From Octopus vulgaris (Eukaryota), in the NCBI GenBank assembly GCA_951406725.2, contig OX597831.1, positions 69,874,001 through 69,938,000 of the forward strand: a stretch of 64,000 nt of DNA, written 5' to 3'. Made by a program: the position numbers and the translations under genes. The number at the start of each line of letters is the position of its first letter. Within the stretch, counting starts at the first letter, position 1. Below the pieces are notes generated by a model. The model was given only the letters and a program-made list of their open reading frames with translations. It was not told the origin of the DNA and made no database searches. This document shows, in pieces, positions 24,631 to 38,767 of this stretch.

Positions 24631-26719
24631 GTCACGCCTACACCTATAAGGAGGAAAATTTTCATTTACTTGAAAATGAAATACTTCCAAATGCTTCAAA
24701 TGTATTTTAACAAACGATACATAATACTTAATAATAATGTATTGAGAATATCATCTTACTGCTCTGAGCAGTATTTTAGGAAAGCTTTATAAACATGGTA
24801 ACTTTATGAGATGAAACCCTCTGCTTTGCTGGACAATGTTTTTAGTTTTAACCCTTCTCAGTAGTTTCGTGTATTTCTACCACACATCAAACAATCGCTC
24901 CAATCTCAGAAAAATTTGAAATCAAGAGAAAGTAGTCATGGTCTGCATTGGGTAAAAGTTTTTTTCAGAGGTGAAGTGAAAAACTGAATTGCTGAATGCT
25001 GGTCATTCTTCGAAACCAGCTGCAGATTTTCAATCAGCAGTGACTGTGTTTCCTTACCACACAATTTCTTATTTCAATCTACAAGACTTCAACCATTATT
25101 AACTCTGTGCTAGGAAAGTAAATAACTTTCCTTGTGGCAAAGAACGTATTCATGCCTAGATGTTCAACACTGAAATATATAGAAAACAGTTACGTAGCTG
25201 TTGTGATTAACAAAGCTCGCTGATTTCTTCCCAAAAGTTATATCTAGTTAGATGTAAAGATTCAATATACAACATTGTCATGATGCAAATTACTTAGAAT
25301 GATCTAACACAATATTTTCTTCCTATTTCTCTTTTCTTAACTCATTTATTACTTCACACCTGTGACTCACAGTTGCATTACGCAGAAAATTCCACATAAA
25401 TGCTATGCCAATGTAAAGAATAATACATATTATAGCACTAAATATATATCATGATTGAGCTTTTGCCTTTATTATTATATTTTCAGATCTGAAGAAATTA
25501 TTTTCTTTTTTTCTTAATACTTATCATTATTTCATAATTCAGCAAATTATTATTACCACTTCAGTTTTTATCACTTTGGATTTTTATGATACTGTTTTCC
25601 TTTTTGATTTTGTTTTTTCAATCCGAATTAATGTATTGTGTCCTTACAACCCATAAAGAAAGTTGTTGCTATGTCGTCTGTGTTTACCATATTAATGTTT
25701 GATTGGTTGCATCTAGTCATATAGTTATTGCATTCCCCATGGTGCTTGTCAAGATTTATCTCCTAATATAATGATATTGTCATTTGTCTACAGTATGTAT
25801 TATAAATACTTCATGCTTGGTTATTTTCTTGCATATAAAGCAAATGACATATTCTGTAACAATCGTTAACTGTTCAACTATATTAATGAATAAACTTAAC
25901 TATTTTTATCCATCAAATTTATTGAATATAAATTTGATTTAAACCTTAAAACTCTACAACTATACCACTCTCCATTCTATATCTTTTAGTACTAAATGTG
26001 TCTTCAAAATTTCATTTGTGTTTACTTTTGTTTCAAATTGCATTTCAAATAGAATGAAATGAAATCATTTCATATCACTTCAAAGGATTCAGAAAGTAAC
26101 CAATTATTTAGATTCTTTGTGTACAACACTTTTTCTCTAATCATTAGTACTAAATGTTTAAAAAACTTTCTTCTTCTTTGGAAAGTTAGATAGTGATACT
26201 TCAATAGACCTATCAGTTTCAGCTTTCCAAAGCTGATTGTCAAATCTGATTAGTTGAGTAGATAAATTGTACAAACAAATGAAAAATGGTTTATTCTCAT
26301 TACTTCACTCAATTACCTTATAACCAAGAACTATGGTTAATTAGTTTGGTTTTATTTAAGTAGCACTGGCTTTGCCAAAATCTAATTCTCTGGAGATTTA
26401 GACAAAATATACTCGAGTCATCATAAACCTCTACTTACTAGTAATTTAACAATTTAATGAAAGAGTATGAAATCATCGTTTAGCCTAAAAAATCAAAGCA
26501 GGAAGCAAAACATTTGTTAAAAAGTAGATGGTTACCATAATGCCTTTAAATTGGATTTACTCAACTATATTCGACAATCATGTCAGACAGATAATTGGAA
26601 GATGTTTATGGTATAGTTGCTCTGTTGCACTTTCTGATTTGAATCACATCACAGTTCTTTTGATTTTGAGTTTCTTATAAATATTTGAATTTTAAACATA
26701 TATTTATTTTATGTATTCA

Positions 26720-26787
<68 letters not shown>

Positions 26788-28969
26788 GTTTGATATTTAA
26801 TTATTTTCAAATTCCCTTGTGACATAATTAATTTCTTTGAACTTCTGTTTTGATTCCAGTTGTGGTTTCAATCAATTTGGGATTTGAATCAAATTTCGTC
26901 ACATTTATATTTAAATGCTATTATCAACATCAGATCTCAAGGTTCCCTCAAACAAACATTAAATCAATGATTTAACACTATTTGTATTCTTGCAAAGTTT
27001 AAACAATTGGCGGGTGCAGACTTGCCTGTGTACCACATGGATGCAGGTTTGATAGTTCTGTGGTTCCTTAGATAAATGCCTTCTACCATCCCTCATCAAG
27101 ATTTACTCATGGAGGAGTTAGAGTCGATTACCTTAGCTGTGGTCATAGTGCTGCACTAGTGGGGAGAATATGAACAGAATATATAGAGCAGTGCTTTCGA
27201 TATATTAATCCTTTTCTTACCTTCATTCATTAGTATATATGATAGTTGTCATCATGACACGTGTGTTGATATATTTATACAGCAGAAAATATAATAGTAA
27301 TTATAATCACGACAATATAGTAGTAAATACATTAGCAATGATAATTACATACACTAATTAATTTATGAAAGAGTAAATGTAAAACTAATACATTAATTAC
27401 AATGATGACAATAAATTTCTTCCTACCTTCTCAGACAGACTAGTTACTGTTCCATGCTTTTGCCGAGATATCTTGCATTAAATGAATGACACACTCTATA
27501 AAATCACTGAGAGTACAGCCCTTCTCAGTTCTAACACCCGTAATCTTTCAGTGCAGGTTTTGTATCAAATAATAATGGAATTAATTATACATTTTTTAAC
27601 ATAAATGAAATCAGATTTTTTTTTATGCTGTTGTTATTTCTTAGCCTTCTGTTAATTTTAAGCAAATAGTCTTGTGAAAGCAATTTGAAGCAAAGATAAA
27701 AGTCTATTTTTCCAGACATAATATCCCATTGCAAAGTGGGGAACCCCACTGCTATATTCTCATATATGCAGTGAGGAGCACACTGACCCAGTTTTGGAAT
27801 ATTGTATTTTTTCCATGGTCTAATCTGTCTTTGTATGTCTGTTGTTGTTGCTATTGTTGTTAAGCTGCAATTAAGCCATGATCAAGCAGATCTATGTTTC
27901 AAATGCCTTTTAGTTTTATTCTTATTGATCCAGCGGAAATTGCTATTTTCAAGACAACAAAATATGTTCTTAAGGAGTTTTGGTTGTTATTTTAATCCGA
28001 CCAGCAATTACATAAAATTTTTGTCCTTAGCTGTAAGTTCTGATGGAGGTAACACTAGTGTTTGGCAGATGTTATTTCTTTGGGTGTCCAGTAAATTCAT
28101 TATTATAAGATTTGCATGAGTAATACGATGAGGTAAATACACAGCCTGTAATTTTATTGCCTGGTAATTTCATTACAGTGTAGTTACATCATGTGCCAAA
28201 ACAATATCGATAAATTCTTTGTCATGCCAAATACATCTGCAGTAAATTCATTGTCATGTTTTTTATCTTCAGCGTAAATGCATCACTAAACATTATTTAA
28301 AGCTTTTATTCACACAGTAAATATGTCACATTTCATTAACATTGTATAAGAAATTCAATGACAAACATTCATTTATCTCAGATTTACTCAATATTCACAA
28401 GAGAAAATAGAAATCAAAGTTACATTTAAAAATGAACTCAAAACAAAAATAAAATATGCAGCTAAAAGATGACACTATTTTAAATTGTAGAATAGAAAAA
28501 ATATACTGAATTCCTCTTAAATAATCTAGTGTCACAATTTTTGAGGATGCATTGAAATGTTGCACTTCAATATTTTATATTTCTTTTTTATAATATAAAA
28601 TTTCTGCTGCCTCAATAGAGTGTTCCAATGTTTCTTTCTTTCTTGATTATTTCTTTTCCAAGGTTACTGAAAATTTCCAAATCATAGGATGGAAATTCTA
28701 GTCTTTGAATTTCTTTTAATGAAATGTGATGCATCTATAAAAATTTCAATAATATTCAGCAATGAAATTACTCAGTGAATAAAAAGCATGATGATGAATT
28801 TACAAATGATCTATTGGATAACAATATAATTGATATGTAATTAAATTACAGGTGATGTATTTACAACAATGTAATTACTTACAATAAATTACCTGAATGA
28901 GTTTACTGTGAGTCATTTCTAGCACTAACTTCAGAGGCACCTGTCTGCACGGATTATTGATGCTGTTGC

Positions 28970-29343
28970 TTGTTTGTTTGTTGAGTAAAGCGGTCTTCAT
29001 CCCATTAGTGGGAGAAGTCTGAAATGTGGTCCTTTACTATTCATAAGACCCGCAGAAGAGAAAGCAGGTCAACCCCCGACACCAAAAGCATCGACGGATG
29101 GATGAATGCGCATCCAGGCTCAGCGGTTGCATAGGAAGTCGGGAACAAGAAACAGGAAGAAAGAGTGAGAGAAAGTTGGAGCGAAAGAGTACAACAGGGG
29201 TCGCCACCACCCCCTGCCAGAGCCTCGTGGAGCTTTAGGTGTTTTTGCTCAATAAACACACACAGCACCCGGTCTGGGAGTCGAAACCGCGATCCTTCGA
29301 CCGTGAGTCCACTGCCCTAACCATTGGGCCATTGCGCCTCCAC
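28970..29343 (-). mobile_element. OR-like SINE with a distinct 3' module and (CAAA)n tail
   Basis: Same tRNA head as 1800, 6545 and 36239; TSD TGATGCTG(T/C)TGCT. Confidence 0.85.
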
Positions 29344-30069
29344 TGATGCTGCTGCTATTGTCATGACCTTGTGATTAAGGTAGTACTAGTTGGAATCAGA
29401 AATATGCCCAGGTGTTTGAAGGTTAAGTATCATTAGGGATGCACTTGGCTCTGGCAGTAACTTGTGCCCATTGTCAAGAAACCTTTATTTTTGATGCTTT
29501 TATTCAATTGTTTAAGGTAATTTATGAGTTCTCTGTGTGCAACATGTGAAGATATGATGATTGGTATGTTTTTTTTTCATTTGTGGTTTCTTGTTATAAA
29601 AAGAGATTGATGAAAAGTAATGTAAGACTAGAATAATCCATAAGGAATGTATTGTATTGCTTGTATAATGGTGGTGCTTCTTTATGTCAACCAAATGTGG
29701 TGCCAGTGAGTGGGGTGTGCATGAATTTGCTTTCTTGATTGTCTTCTGTGAGTTCTGTAAATAATAGAAAAGTATTGGAAATAATTCATAATGTTGGTGC
29801 TTGCAAATACTCCATATGTATGTGTGTGTGTGTGTGTGTGCATAAAGGTGTTTTACAAAAAGTACTTGATACAATTACAATTTTAAGAAAGGTTTTCTTA
29901 GAAGTCATCTATCTGAAAATAGTTTTTTGTAAAACTGAATGGCACGAGACTTTTGGGAAGAAGCTTTTATACTGTGTGTATTGTGTGTAAGCGCTTTCAT
30001 TGTCCCACTTTTCAAATACACACTTATCCATATAGAGGAAGCTGTATTTAGAAATGGTGTTAACCCTTT

Positions 30070-31090
30070 CTGGTTTAGTTTCAGATTTAGAATTTTCTTA
30101 TAAAATATTGTGCTTTTGTCTTTCTCAGTTGATCATTTTTATCTTTTATTTTGATAAAAAGAAATATTTTGATTTTTGGATTTGGTTTGCAAGATTCTTT
30201 ATATGAGTTCGTGCGTTGAAGCATATTCTTTTGTGTCTGGGGAGAGTCATTTTCTTTCAGTGCCTTATTATTTAACACACTCACCAGTAAAAAAATTGTT
30301 TTAAATATACATATGCATGTATGTATATGAATATGTATGTATATGTATGCACTCACACACACACACACACACATGTAAGTGGGGAGGGGTTGCACTTGGC
30401 AACTTTTATCCACATTTGCTGATTCTTCGGTTACCACACTTTCTTGAACATGTTACCTTGAGGATACATTATGGCTCCTCATCCTCATCACATATTTTTG
30501 AATTTTCCATTTGCACAAATGTCTAGATGTTTCCCTACATAGAAATGATAAATCTTTAATTTGCTTTTTGTGTACATCTGGTTAGTTTTGTTTCTATTTC
30601 TTCAATGTAATTCTCATTGTAGTGTGGGGATGTAATGGAGTATATTTTTGCCTTGCAAATCATGCTTTCATTCACCTTCAGTTCATTCTCAGTTTTGAAT
30701 CTTTTAGTTATTCTTTATTCTGTTAATTCATATGTACCATAACAAGGCTTCCCACAGTTTTCTACCTGCATTATTTCCTTCTCAGATGTGAATCGCACCT
30801 CTGTTAGGTGTCTTTTAAGATTTGGTGGAAGTCTTTGGCAGTTTATTATTTGTGATTCTTTAACTATTTGTCAGAAATTTTGGTAATTGATGTAGAACTG
30901 GGAGGTATCATTTGGCCAAAGGTAGAACGTTGGGGTTTTCTAGGATTAAGTGTGACTACATGTTGAACATTTATTTATATTTGTATTTGTTGTCACCCCC
31001 ATTGTGAGTGTTTCTCTATTGAGCAGAGATTGAGATTTTGTTTTTCTTTGTTTATAGCATAATTTATTAAGTCTTTGAGGTACTTTTGCT
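30070..31090 (-). mobile_element. Penelope-like element remnant (linker and GIY-YIG endonuclease region)
   Basis: Minus strand fragments QIINCQRLPPNLKRHLTEVRF...CGKPCYGT...LKVNESMICKAK-IYSITSPHYNENYIEE...KHLDICANGKFK and KIFLFIKIKDKNDQLRKTKAQYFIRKF; frameshifted. Confidence 0.7.
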
Positions 31091-31468
31091 TCTGTAGGAA
31101 GCACATACCCACTCACAGACACACACACACACACGCACACACACGAGTATGCAAGCACATATATGTATGTGTGTGCATGTGTACATACAAATAGCTCCAA
31201 GAAAGCTATAAAATAATTTTTTACATCTATTATGACTATGTCAAGAAATTTGTCTAAAATTGTTTTAAATATACATATGCATTTATGTATATGAATATGT
31301 ATGTATATGTATTCACTCACTCACACACACAAACACATACACACACACACATGTAAGTGGGGAGGGGTTGCACTTGGCAACTTTTATCCACATTTGCCGA
31401 TTCTTCGGTCACCACACTTTCTTGAACATGTTACCTTGAGGATACATTAGGGCACCTCATCCTCGTCA
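30292..31468 (+). repeat. About 200-bp direct duplication (30292-30490 and 31256-31468)
   Basis: AAAATTGTTTTAAATATACATATGC...GTAAGTGGGGAGGGGTTGCAC...CCTCATCCTC(A/G)TCA present twice. Confidence 0.9.
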
Positions 31469-31802
31469 GATCTTTTCTTTAAGTGTCACTCAAACCATCC
31501 ATCTAGCACTGCATCGCTTCCTACCCATCTTCCTCACCATCCTTATCCCTCTCCAACTTTCTCTCTCTCTCTCTCTCTAACCCCCTGATGCTACTTTTAC
31601 CCTTTCCCTCACATTACCCCATTCCCTAACACTGTGTTAGTCTATCCCTTACTGATCTCCATCAAAAGTAAACCTATGTAAAGACAACCAGAACTGACAT
31701 CGATCTTGACAAACCCTCCATCCCATGAAAGCATGGAATGTCAATGATATACATACAATGTAATGGGTACATCCTGCTCAACCCCAACTTCTCAATCCCA
31801 CC

Positions 31803-32031
31803 TATTTCTTTACTACCCACAAGGGGCTAAACACAGAGGGGACGAACAAGGACAGACAAATGGATTAAGTCGATTATATCGACCCCAGTGTGTAACTGGT
31901 ACTTTTTTAATCGACCCTGAAAGATGAAAGGCAAAGTCGACCTCGGCGTAATTTGAACTCAGAACGTAGCAGCAGACGAAATACCGCTAAGAATTTCACC
32001 CAGCATGCTAACGATTCTGCCAGCTCGCCGC
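31803..32031 (-). mobile_element. SINE monomer (array family)
   Basis: Full head and unit; 15-bp TSD CTTCTCAATCCCACC. Confidence 0.9.
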
Positions 32032-32762
32032 CTTCTCAATCCCACCACTCAACTAACCCCGTCACCATTACCATTTTGCTCCTTTCTCTTTTACACTAAC
32101 ATCTTATATTACCATTCTCTCACCTCTTTCCTCTGTTGCAGCCATTATCCCCCCACCCACCAACATTTTTCATTCTGCTATTCGCTATTCTCTTCACTAC
32201 CATCCTCTCACAGCAATAAATCCATTTTTCTATCATACTTTTACTTCTATACTTTCAGCCATGGAGACTTCCTTTTAACTAATGAGCTAAAAGGCGACCC
32301 CCACCCCCCATGACTGCTGGTGCCATGGGAGAATGCACCCAGTACTTTCTGTAAGGTGGTTAGTCTTAAGAAGAGAATCCAGCCTTAGAAACCATGTCGA
32401 AATGGAGACGTTGGTGCAAGATATGGTGCTCTAACCTGCCAGATCCCATTGAACTATCCAACATGTGATTACATGGAAAACTAATGCTAAATCATGATGG
32501 TTAGCAATGTTGCTGATAATGATGATAATAATGGTGATGCAGCAGCAGCAGCTGCAGTAGCAGCAGCAGTAATAGTAGTAGCAGCAGCAGCAGCGTATGA
32601 TGTTTATTTACTCACAAGGTATTTGTGTTTTCAATACTGCCCAATTTTAGGAAATGACAATAGAATCAAACCCAGAACCATGGCTGTGATCTGACCTGTT
32701 ATTGTCTGTGTGTTTTATGAGTATCTATGAAGTATGTGTGTAATATTATGCAAATTATGAGA

Positions 32763-33510
32763 CATCATCATCATCATCATCATCCTCGTTTAACGTCCGT
32801 TTTCCATGCTAGCATGGGTTGAATGGTTCAACCGAGGTCTGGAAAGCCATGAAGGCTGTACCAGGCTCCAGTTTGGTTTGGCAGTGTTTCTACAGCTGGA
32901 TGCCCTTCCTAACACCAACCACTCCATGAGTGTAGTGCGTGTTTTTTACATGCCACCGGCACAGGGGCCAGGGGAGGCTGGCAAATGGCCACGATCGGTT
33001 GGTGCTTTTATGTGTCACCGACACGGACGCCAGTCAAGCTGCACTGGCATCTGTCACATTCGGACGGTGCTTTTTACGTATCACCGGCACGGGTATCTTA
33101 TCTACAATTTCCATTTGATTTTTATTTTGATGTTGGTGTTGACGTACTTGACTCAATGGGTCTTCTCAAGAACAGCAGGTCACTCTACAATCCAAGGTTG
33201 GCACAGCAGGCCGTCCTGCAAGCCATGAGCTCACTTCATTTGTTGGGTCTTCACAGTCACAGCATATCTCAGAGGTCCCAGTCTTCATCATTTCCTCTTT
33301 GAGGCCCTACATGCCACCGGCACAGGTATCACAACTACAATCCATACGATTTTTTATTTTGATGAATTTGACACAATAGGTCTCCTCAAGCACAGCAGGC
33401 CATCCCACAAGCCATGAACTCACTTTATTTGTCGGGTCTTTGAAGTCACAGCATATTTCCAGAGGTCTCGGTCTTTCGTCATAGCCTCTGTGAGGCTCAA
33501 CGTACGAAGG
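32763..33510 (-). mobile_element. RTE-like LINE 3' UTR fragment with internal tandem repeats
   Basis: (TGA)n tail, repeated GGTGCTTTTTA.GTG.CACCG motifs and a duplicated block at about 33080-33300 and 33310-33500. Confidence 0.75.
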
Positions 33511-34044
33511 TTATTTTTCCCATTTTTCCTTTTACTTTATCAGAATGTACTTAAAAATTTACAGATCTTATGTTGGGTCTTAACACTGTCAGTTTGTATG
33601 ATTGCAATGTCATGTTCTTTAAGATGATGAAATACTTTATTTTTGTAATTACATTTGTTTAGGGTATTAAACTTTGTCTTATGATATAAATTTCTTATGT
33701 CATTCATTGTTCTGGATTTTGCATGATGTACTTAGGTTTTTGGTATGTTGATTTTTTGATGTCATAGTATAATGCAAGACAAAATTGCTGCTGGAACAAG
33801 CAACATTCATCAGAAGATAATGGAATCTAATCTTTCTGTATTGCATTTTGCTAAGAGTCAAAGTCTGTTTAGTTAACACTATACTGAGGTGAGTTGATCA
33901 GCTATTTGTTATTTATAATTTCACTGCTTCTACAAGGAGATAGTATCCATCTTCTACAGTTTCTAGTAAATTCAATACTCATGTCCAATGATCAGCTAAA
34001 ATCTCATTAAAAATAATATATATATATATACGTGTGTGTGTGTG

Positions 34045-34262
34045 TGTGTTTATGCTTGTGTGTCTGTGTTTGTATCCCCAGCATCACTTGACAACCGATG
34101 CTGGTGTGTTTACTTCCCCGTAACTTAGTGGTTTGGCTAAAGAGACTGAAAGAATAAGTACAGTACTAGGCTTGCAAAGAATAAGCCCTGGGGTCGATTT
34201 GTTCAACTATAGGTGGTGCTCCAGCATGGCCACAGTCAAATGACTGAAACAAATAAAAGAAT
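34045..34262 (+). mobile_element. 3' half of the second SINE family
   Basis: GACAACCGATGCTGGTGTG...CAGTCAAATGACTGAAAC. Confidence 0.85.
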
Positions 34263-35851
34263 ATGCAGAATTTTTGAAGACATGATTCATTAATAAAGTT
34301 TATATTGACTTGTATGACAAGTATTACTTGCTTTCATCAATATGATCGGGGTTTATCTTTTCTTTATCCTGTATGAAGAGTGATAAAGTAATACACAATC
34401 AATATACTGGGATTATGTTTTGTGACAGATACAAGAAATAAGTTTGATTTTATTTATAAACAAAAAAATGAAAACCAATTGTCGTCTAGATATATAAATC
34501 CTGGTCTTACTACTTTATTTTTTAATAAAACAAAATATTTATTTCTGTTTCTTTCTTGAACTAGAATAATACGTAAGGGATATCTTTTGACAAATTGATG
34601 CTTAATCCTATCCAACAAGTAATCTACCACTGTGTAACTTTATCACAGAAGAAATTGGATTATTCTCTTTGATCAGCAGATCAACAACTGAATTCTCTTA
34701 TGGTCAGTGAAGTATTTTTTCTACTCAATTTACCACCAGAAAGTAAATATCCGAAACTTATTTATCTCCCAGTAATTGCCTCCCCTTCCTTGAAGCTTTT
34801 CATCAAACTTCATTCATCAAAAGGAAATCAACTTTACTATCACTTTACCATGTTTACATAGAAAGATTTGCCATTCCCACCAGATATTATCCTAAGATAG
34901 GTAGATTTTTCTTTTACACTGAATAAATTTGATTTTATATTATTAACATAAGATCTTAGATCAAATAACTTGAAGCAAAGTCAACATGTTTTCCCTTGGA
35001 GTAAAGACTGTTTGCTTTAAATTCTGGTTGGCTTTGCACAACAAACAAATGAAGTTTAAACTATTAAAAGATGATATTGAAGTGGAGTAAGCAGCTACTT
35101 ATTATTTGTATTTTTGATGTTGTGGCAGCAAGGTTGGATCAATTCCTTGAATCTCTATAATCTCTTTTATTAAATCTTCTGTGTAAAATATTACTCTATA
35201 AAACCCAATGTCAAATCACTGAAGTCATATTCTCATTCTAGCTTGAGTTTTCTACATAATTATCTTTTTCTTCTTTTCCTCCTTTTAATATTGATTCTAC
35301 ATTTAATATCGTTATGTAATAAAATGCTATATCCAATCTTAGTTTCACAATTGTTGCTTTTTTTTTAATTTGTCAAAATGTGGTAACATTTCACCAGTTT
35401 GGAGAAAGGGTGTAGAAACATTCTGTGTTTTGCAATCATAAATCAAATAATTAATTACTCTATCCTTATGTAGGATTATTAATTAAAATATATTAAGTCA
35501 GATACACTTCCTAAAACTGATTTGTTTTTGTTTATGCAGTATTTATTTCTATTTTATGCTTATATCCTTTCGACTGCACTAGCATAGACTATAGAGTCAG
35601 ATGAGTCCATGTTGGTATGAATCAAGTGAATTCAGGACAGCAGTGATACATAGTTTAAATAAATCTATGATATCTTCTTTTCTTAGTCATTTCTGTATAA
35701 GAGCAAAATATCTGGAAACTATAAAAAATATTTATGAGAGTAATCCTAGTTGAGTAATAGACTCATAAGGTACTGAATTCAGGCAGAAAAGTGATGACTA
35801 TGGAACTGGTGAATGCTTTGTCATAGATTGACACTGGTTATGAAGGGATGA

Positions 35852-36239
35852 TGGATGGAAGCACTCTGTCGGTTACGACGATGAGGGTTCCGGTTGATCC
35901 GATCAACGGAACAGCCTGCTCGTGAAATTAACGTGTAAGTGGCTGAGCACTCCACAGACACGTGTACCCTTAACGTAGTTCTCGGGGATATTCAGCGTGA
36001 CACAGAGAGTGACAAGGCCGGCCCTTTGAAATACAGGTACAACAGAAAGAGGAAGTAAGAGTGAGAGAAAGTTGTGGTGAAAGAGTACAGCAGGGATCAC
36101 CACCATCCCCTGCCGGAGCCTCATGGAGCTTTAGGTGTTTGTGCTCAATAAACACTCACAACGCCTGGTCTGGGAATCGAAACTGCGATCCTACGACCGC
36201 GAGTCCGCTGCCCTAACCACTGGGCCATTGCGCCTCCAC
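35852..36239 (-). mobile_element. OR-like SINE with a third 3' module
   Basis: Same tRNA head; different body ending GGAACCCTCATCGTCGTAACCGACAGAGTGCTTCCATCC; TSD GAAGGGATGA. Confidence 0.9.
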
Positions 36240-37939
36240 GAAGGGATGACGAAAGTTGAGATAAAAGAGGTCATCTGCTGCTTTTGAGTAAGCTAACTGC
36301 GGTACATACTTGGATAAATGCTTCTAACCCTGGCATTGGTAGCTGATTAAATGAACTCATTTCTTATTACATTATACTATTTTCCAGATATCTCTACAAG
36401 GCTTTTCAATTTCTTTTTGATACTGTCACATCATTGCTTCATAATGATAACTGTCTGAAATGCGACATAGAGAATCTGACATTTTGATCAAATAAGCCAA
36501 TATTAGTTCATTAACTGTTCTACAATGACACTAATTGGCTGAATATTTTCAAAGCTTAATACTCACAAGGTAATTTCGCAATGACAAAATGAAAATGCCA
36601 TCATTCTGTCTGACACTTGGATACTCGAAAATATTTTAAATCACTTAACTGATTATAATTAATTCCTTCATTAAACACGACTGTTCTCTCTTTGTACATT
36701 ACAGAAGTTTAACTGTTCACAATAGCTAAATTTAACTCTTTACATTACTCAAGTAGTTTATATGTCTCTGTCTGTCTACAATGTTCCTAACCAATTATTC
36801 CCACCACCCACCTCCAAATATTCTCTAATGTCTCTTTTTTTTTTTCAAGTTAATGTTTATCAAAATTTATTTATTTTCTCACTTACATTGTTTGCATTGA
36901 TGCAAAATAAATGGATTTTAAACTTTTACTCAAAAACATTTAATTACAGTCTCAACATTATTTATTTTTTTCGTGTTGTTAGTTAATTCTTTTCAGTTCC
37001 GTTCAAGGAGAAGATCTACGTCTCAATTGTATAGTGTTAGACAGTTTAGAACAATTGCAAATGTTCTGGTTTACAAACGTCATAATTTAGAATTGCCATG
37101 TTGCAGTTATTGTGGTGCAGAGAAAAGAGTGAAGTGCTTTGTAAAAGAATTTAGACTCTTTGGAAATATATAAATATGTTTTATTAATTCCTACAAGGAT
37201 TATACTGTGTCACTACCAATCCAAAGAGAATATCCAATGAAAGTGTTAAGAGAGATGAATAGCTAATATGTCTTTTTGGTAAACAAAAGTTTATAGATTA
37301 TATTTGGGTACATATATTAGTTTGTGCGTGCAACACACTTAAATTGCTTGCAGTATGTATATGTGACTACATGTGGATTCATGTGAGAATTTTTCTTTAT
37401 AGTATATACAAATAAATAATTGTGTGTATGAGAGCAAGATAAGTTTAGCTATTCAATAAATGTATTCTGATAAGTGTGTGATGTAAATAATTTAGTTGGA
37501 ATCTAAACTTGATATTACAATGGAGAAAGGATTTACTGAGGGCAACCAGTGTAATGCGCTTTTCTGGACTTGAGTAACCTTTTAGTCTTTATCTGGAGGA
37601 CACAGTTGTTCTGTTATCCTAAAAGGGGTTGATGTGCAACTGCAATTGTCCAACTTTACATCAATAAAAAATGTACTTGTTTCCATGAAAAACAAAGAAA
37701 CAGTAAAAATATGCATTGAAAGTCAAGGTCCATGACTCATGGTTGAAAAATGGTTAGTGTCCCAAGAGTGTCCTAAGAGATTCTGTTATTCAATGGACAG
37801 CTACCTCTATTCATGAATTACAGAATTACAAAATATTTTCCATCCTGTAATGGTTTGTTATGTTGGTTAAAATGTATAAGTCAAGATATTCTTCCATTAA
37901 CTTCTCAGTTTATTGAAAAGGTAAAACATTGGTATTGTT

Positions 37940-38155
37940 AAGGTGGAGATTTGGCAGAATCGTTAGCTTAGTGGTATTTCGTCTGCTGCTACGTCCTGAG
38001 TTCAAATTCTGCCGAGGTCGACTTTGCCTTTCATCCTTTCGGGGTCGATTAAATAAGTACCAGTTATACACTGGGTCGATATAATCGACTTAATCCGTTT
38101 GTCTGTCCTTGTTTGTCCTCTCTGTGTTTAGCCCCTTGTGGGTAGTAAAGAAATA
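37940..38155 (+). mobile_element. SINE monomer (array family)
   Basis: Unit match; TSD GGTATTGTT at 37931-37939 and 38156-38164. Confidence 0.9.
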
Positions 38156-38232
38156 GGTATTGTTTACAGTAGTAACAGGTTACAACTAACTGAGTTACGT
38201 AACAATTTTAAATGACATTTGTAAGCCTAAAC

Positions 38233-38419
38233 CAACGGTTCCTAATCTTTTCACAGTGGTTCCCAGCCCTTTTATTTAAATGGGTTTTCCCACGAACCCC
38301 TATTAATATGCTTACCATTATGTACATATATATATGATATTTTGGGTTTTGTTCATGGACCCATAGTACTTCTTTTGCGGACCACCCAGGGTTCATGGAC
38401 CCCAGTTTGGGAACCACTG
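38233..38419. mobile_element. hAT-type MITE
   Basis: TIRs CAACGGTTCCTAA and TTGGGAACCACTG; exact 8-bp TSD GCCTAAAC at 38225-38232 and 38420-38427. Confidence 0.9.
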
Positions 38420-38662
38420 GCCTAAACAGTACATCAGTAGATCTAATCAGTAAGGTATGTTTCACTATTCTTTTACTCCTTTACTGGACTACAAATGGAC
38501 AGTAGCTAAGCTATGGCTCAACCTTCAAGGCCTTTAGCCAATTATTGCTAGCAGTTACTTTATCATTCTCATATAGTTGGAAAGCCAAGTCAACATAGAC
38601 AGGATTTGAACTCAGAATATTACTATAAAGTTTGTCTGATGCTCTTTTGATTTGCCATCAAC

Positions 38663-38723
<61 letters not shown>

Positions 38724-38730
38724 TTCTCTT

Positions 38731-38767
<37 letters not shown>

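Noticed and set aside
27716-27770. Short exon candidate HNIPLQSGEPHCYILIYA
   Set aside because: Modest splice signals and a length expected by chance.
31420-31480. CTGACGA hammerhead on the minus strand
   Set aside because: No GAAA box in register and no clear stem I.
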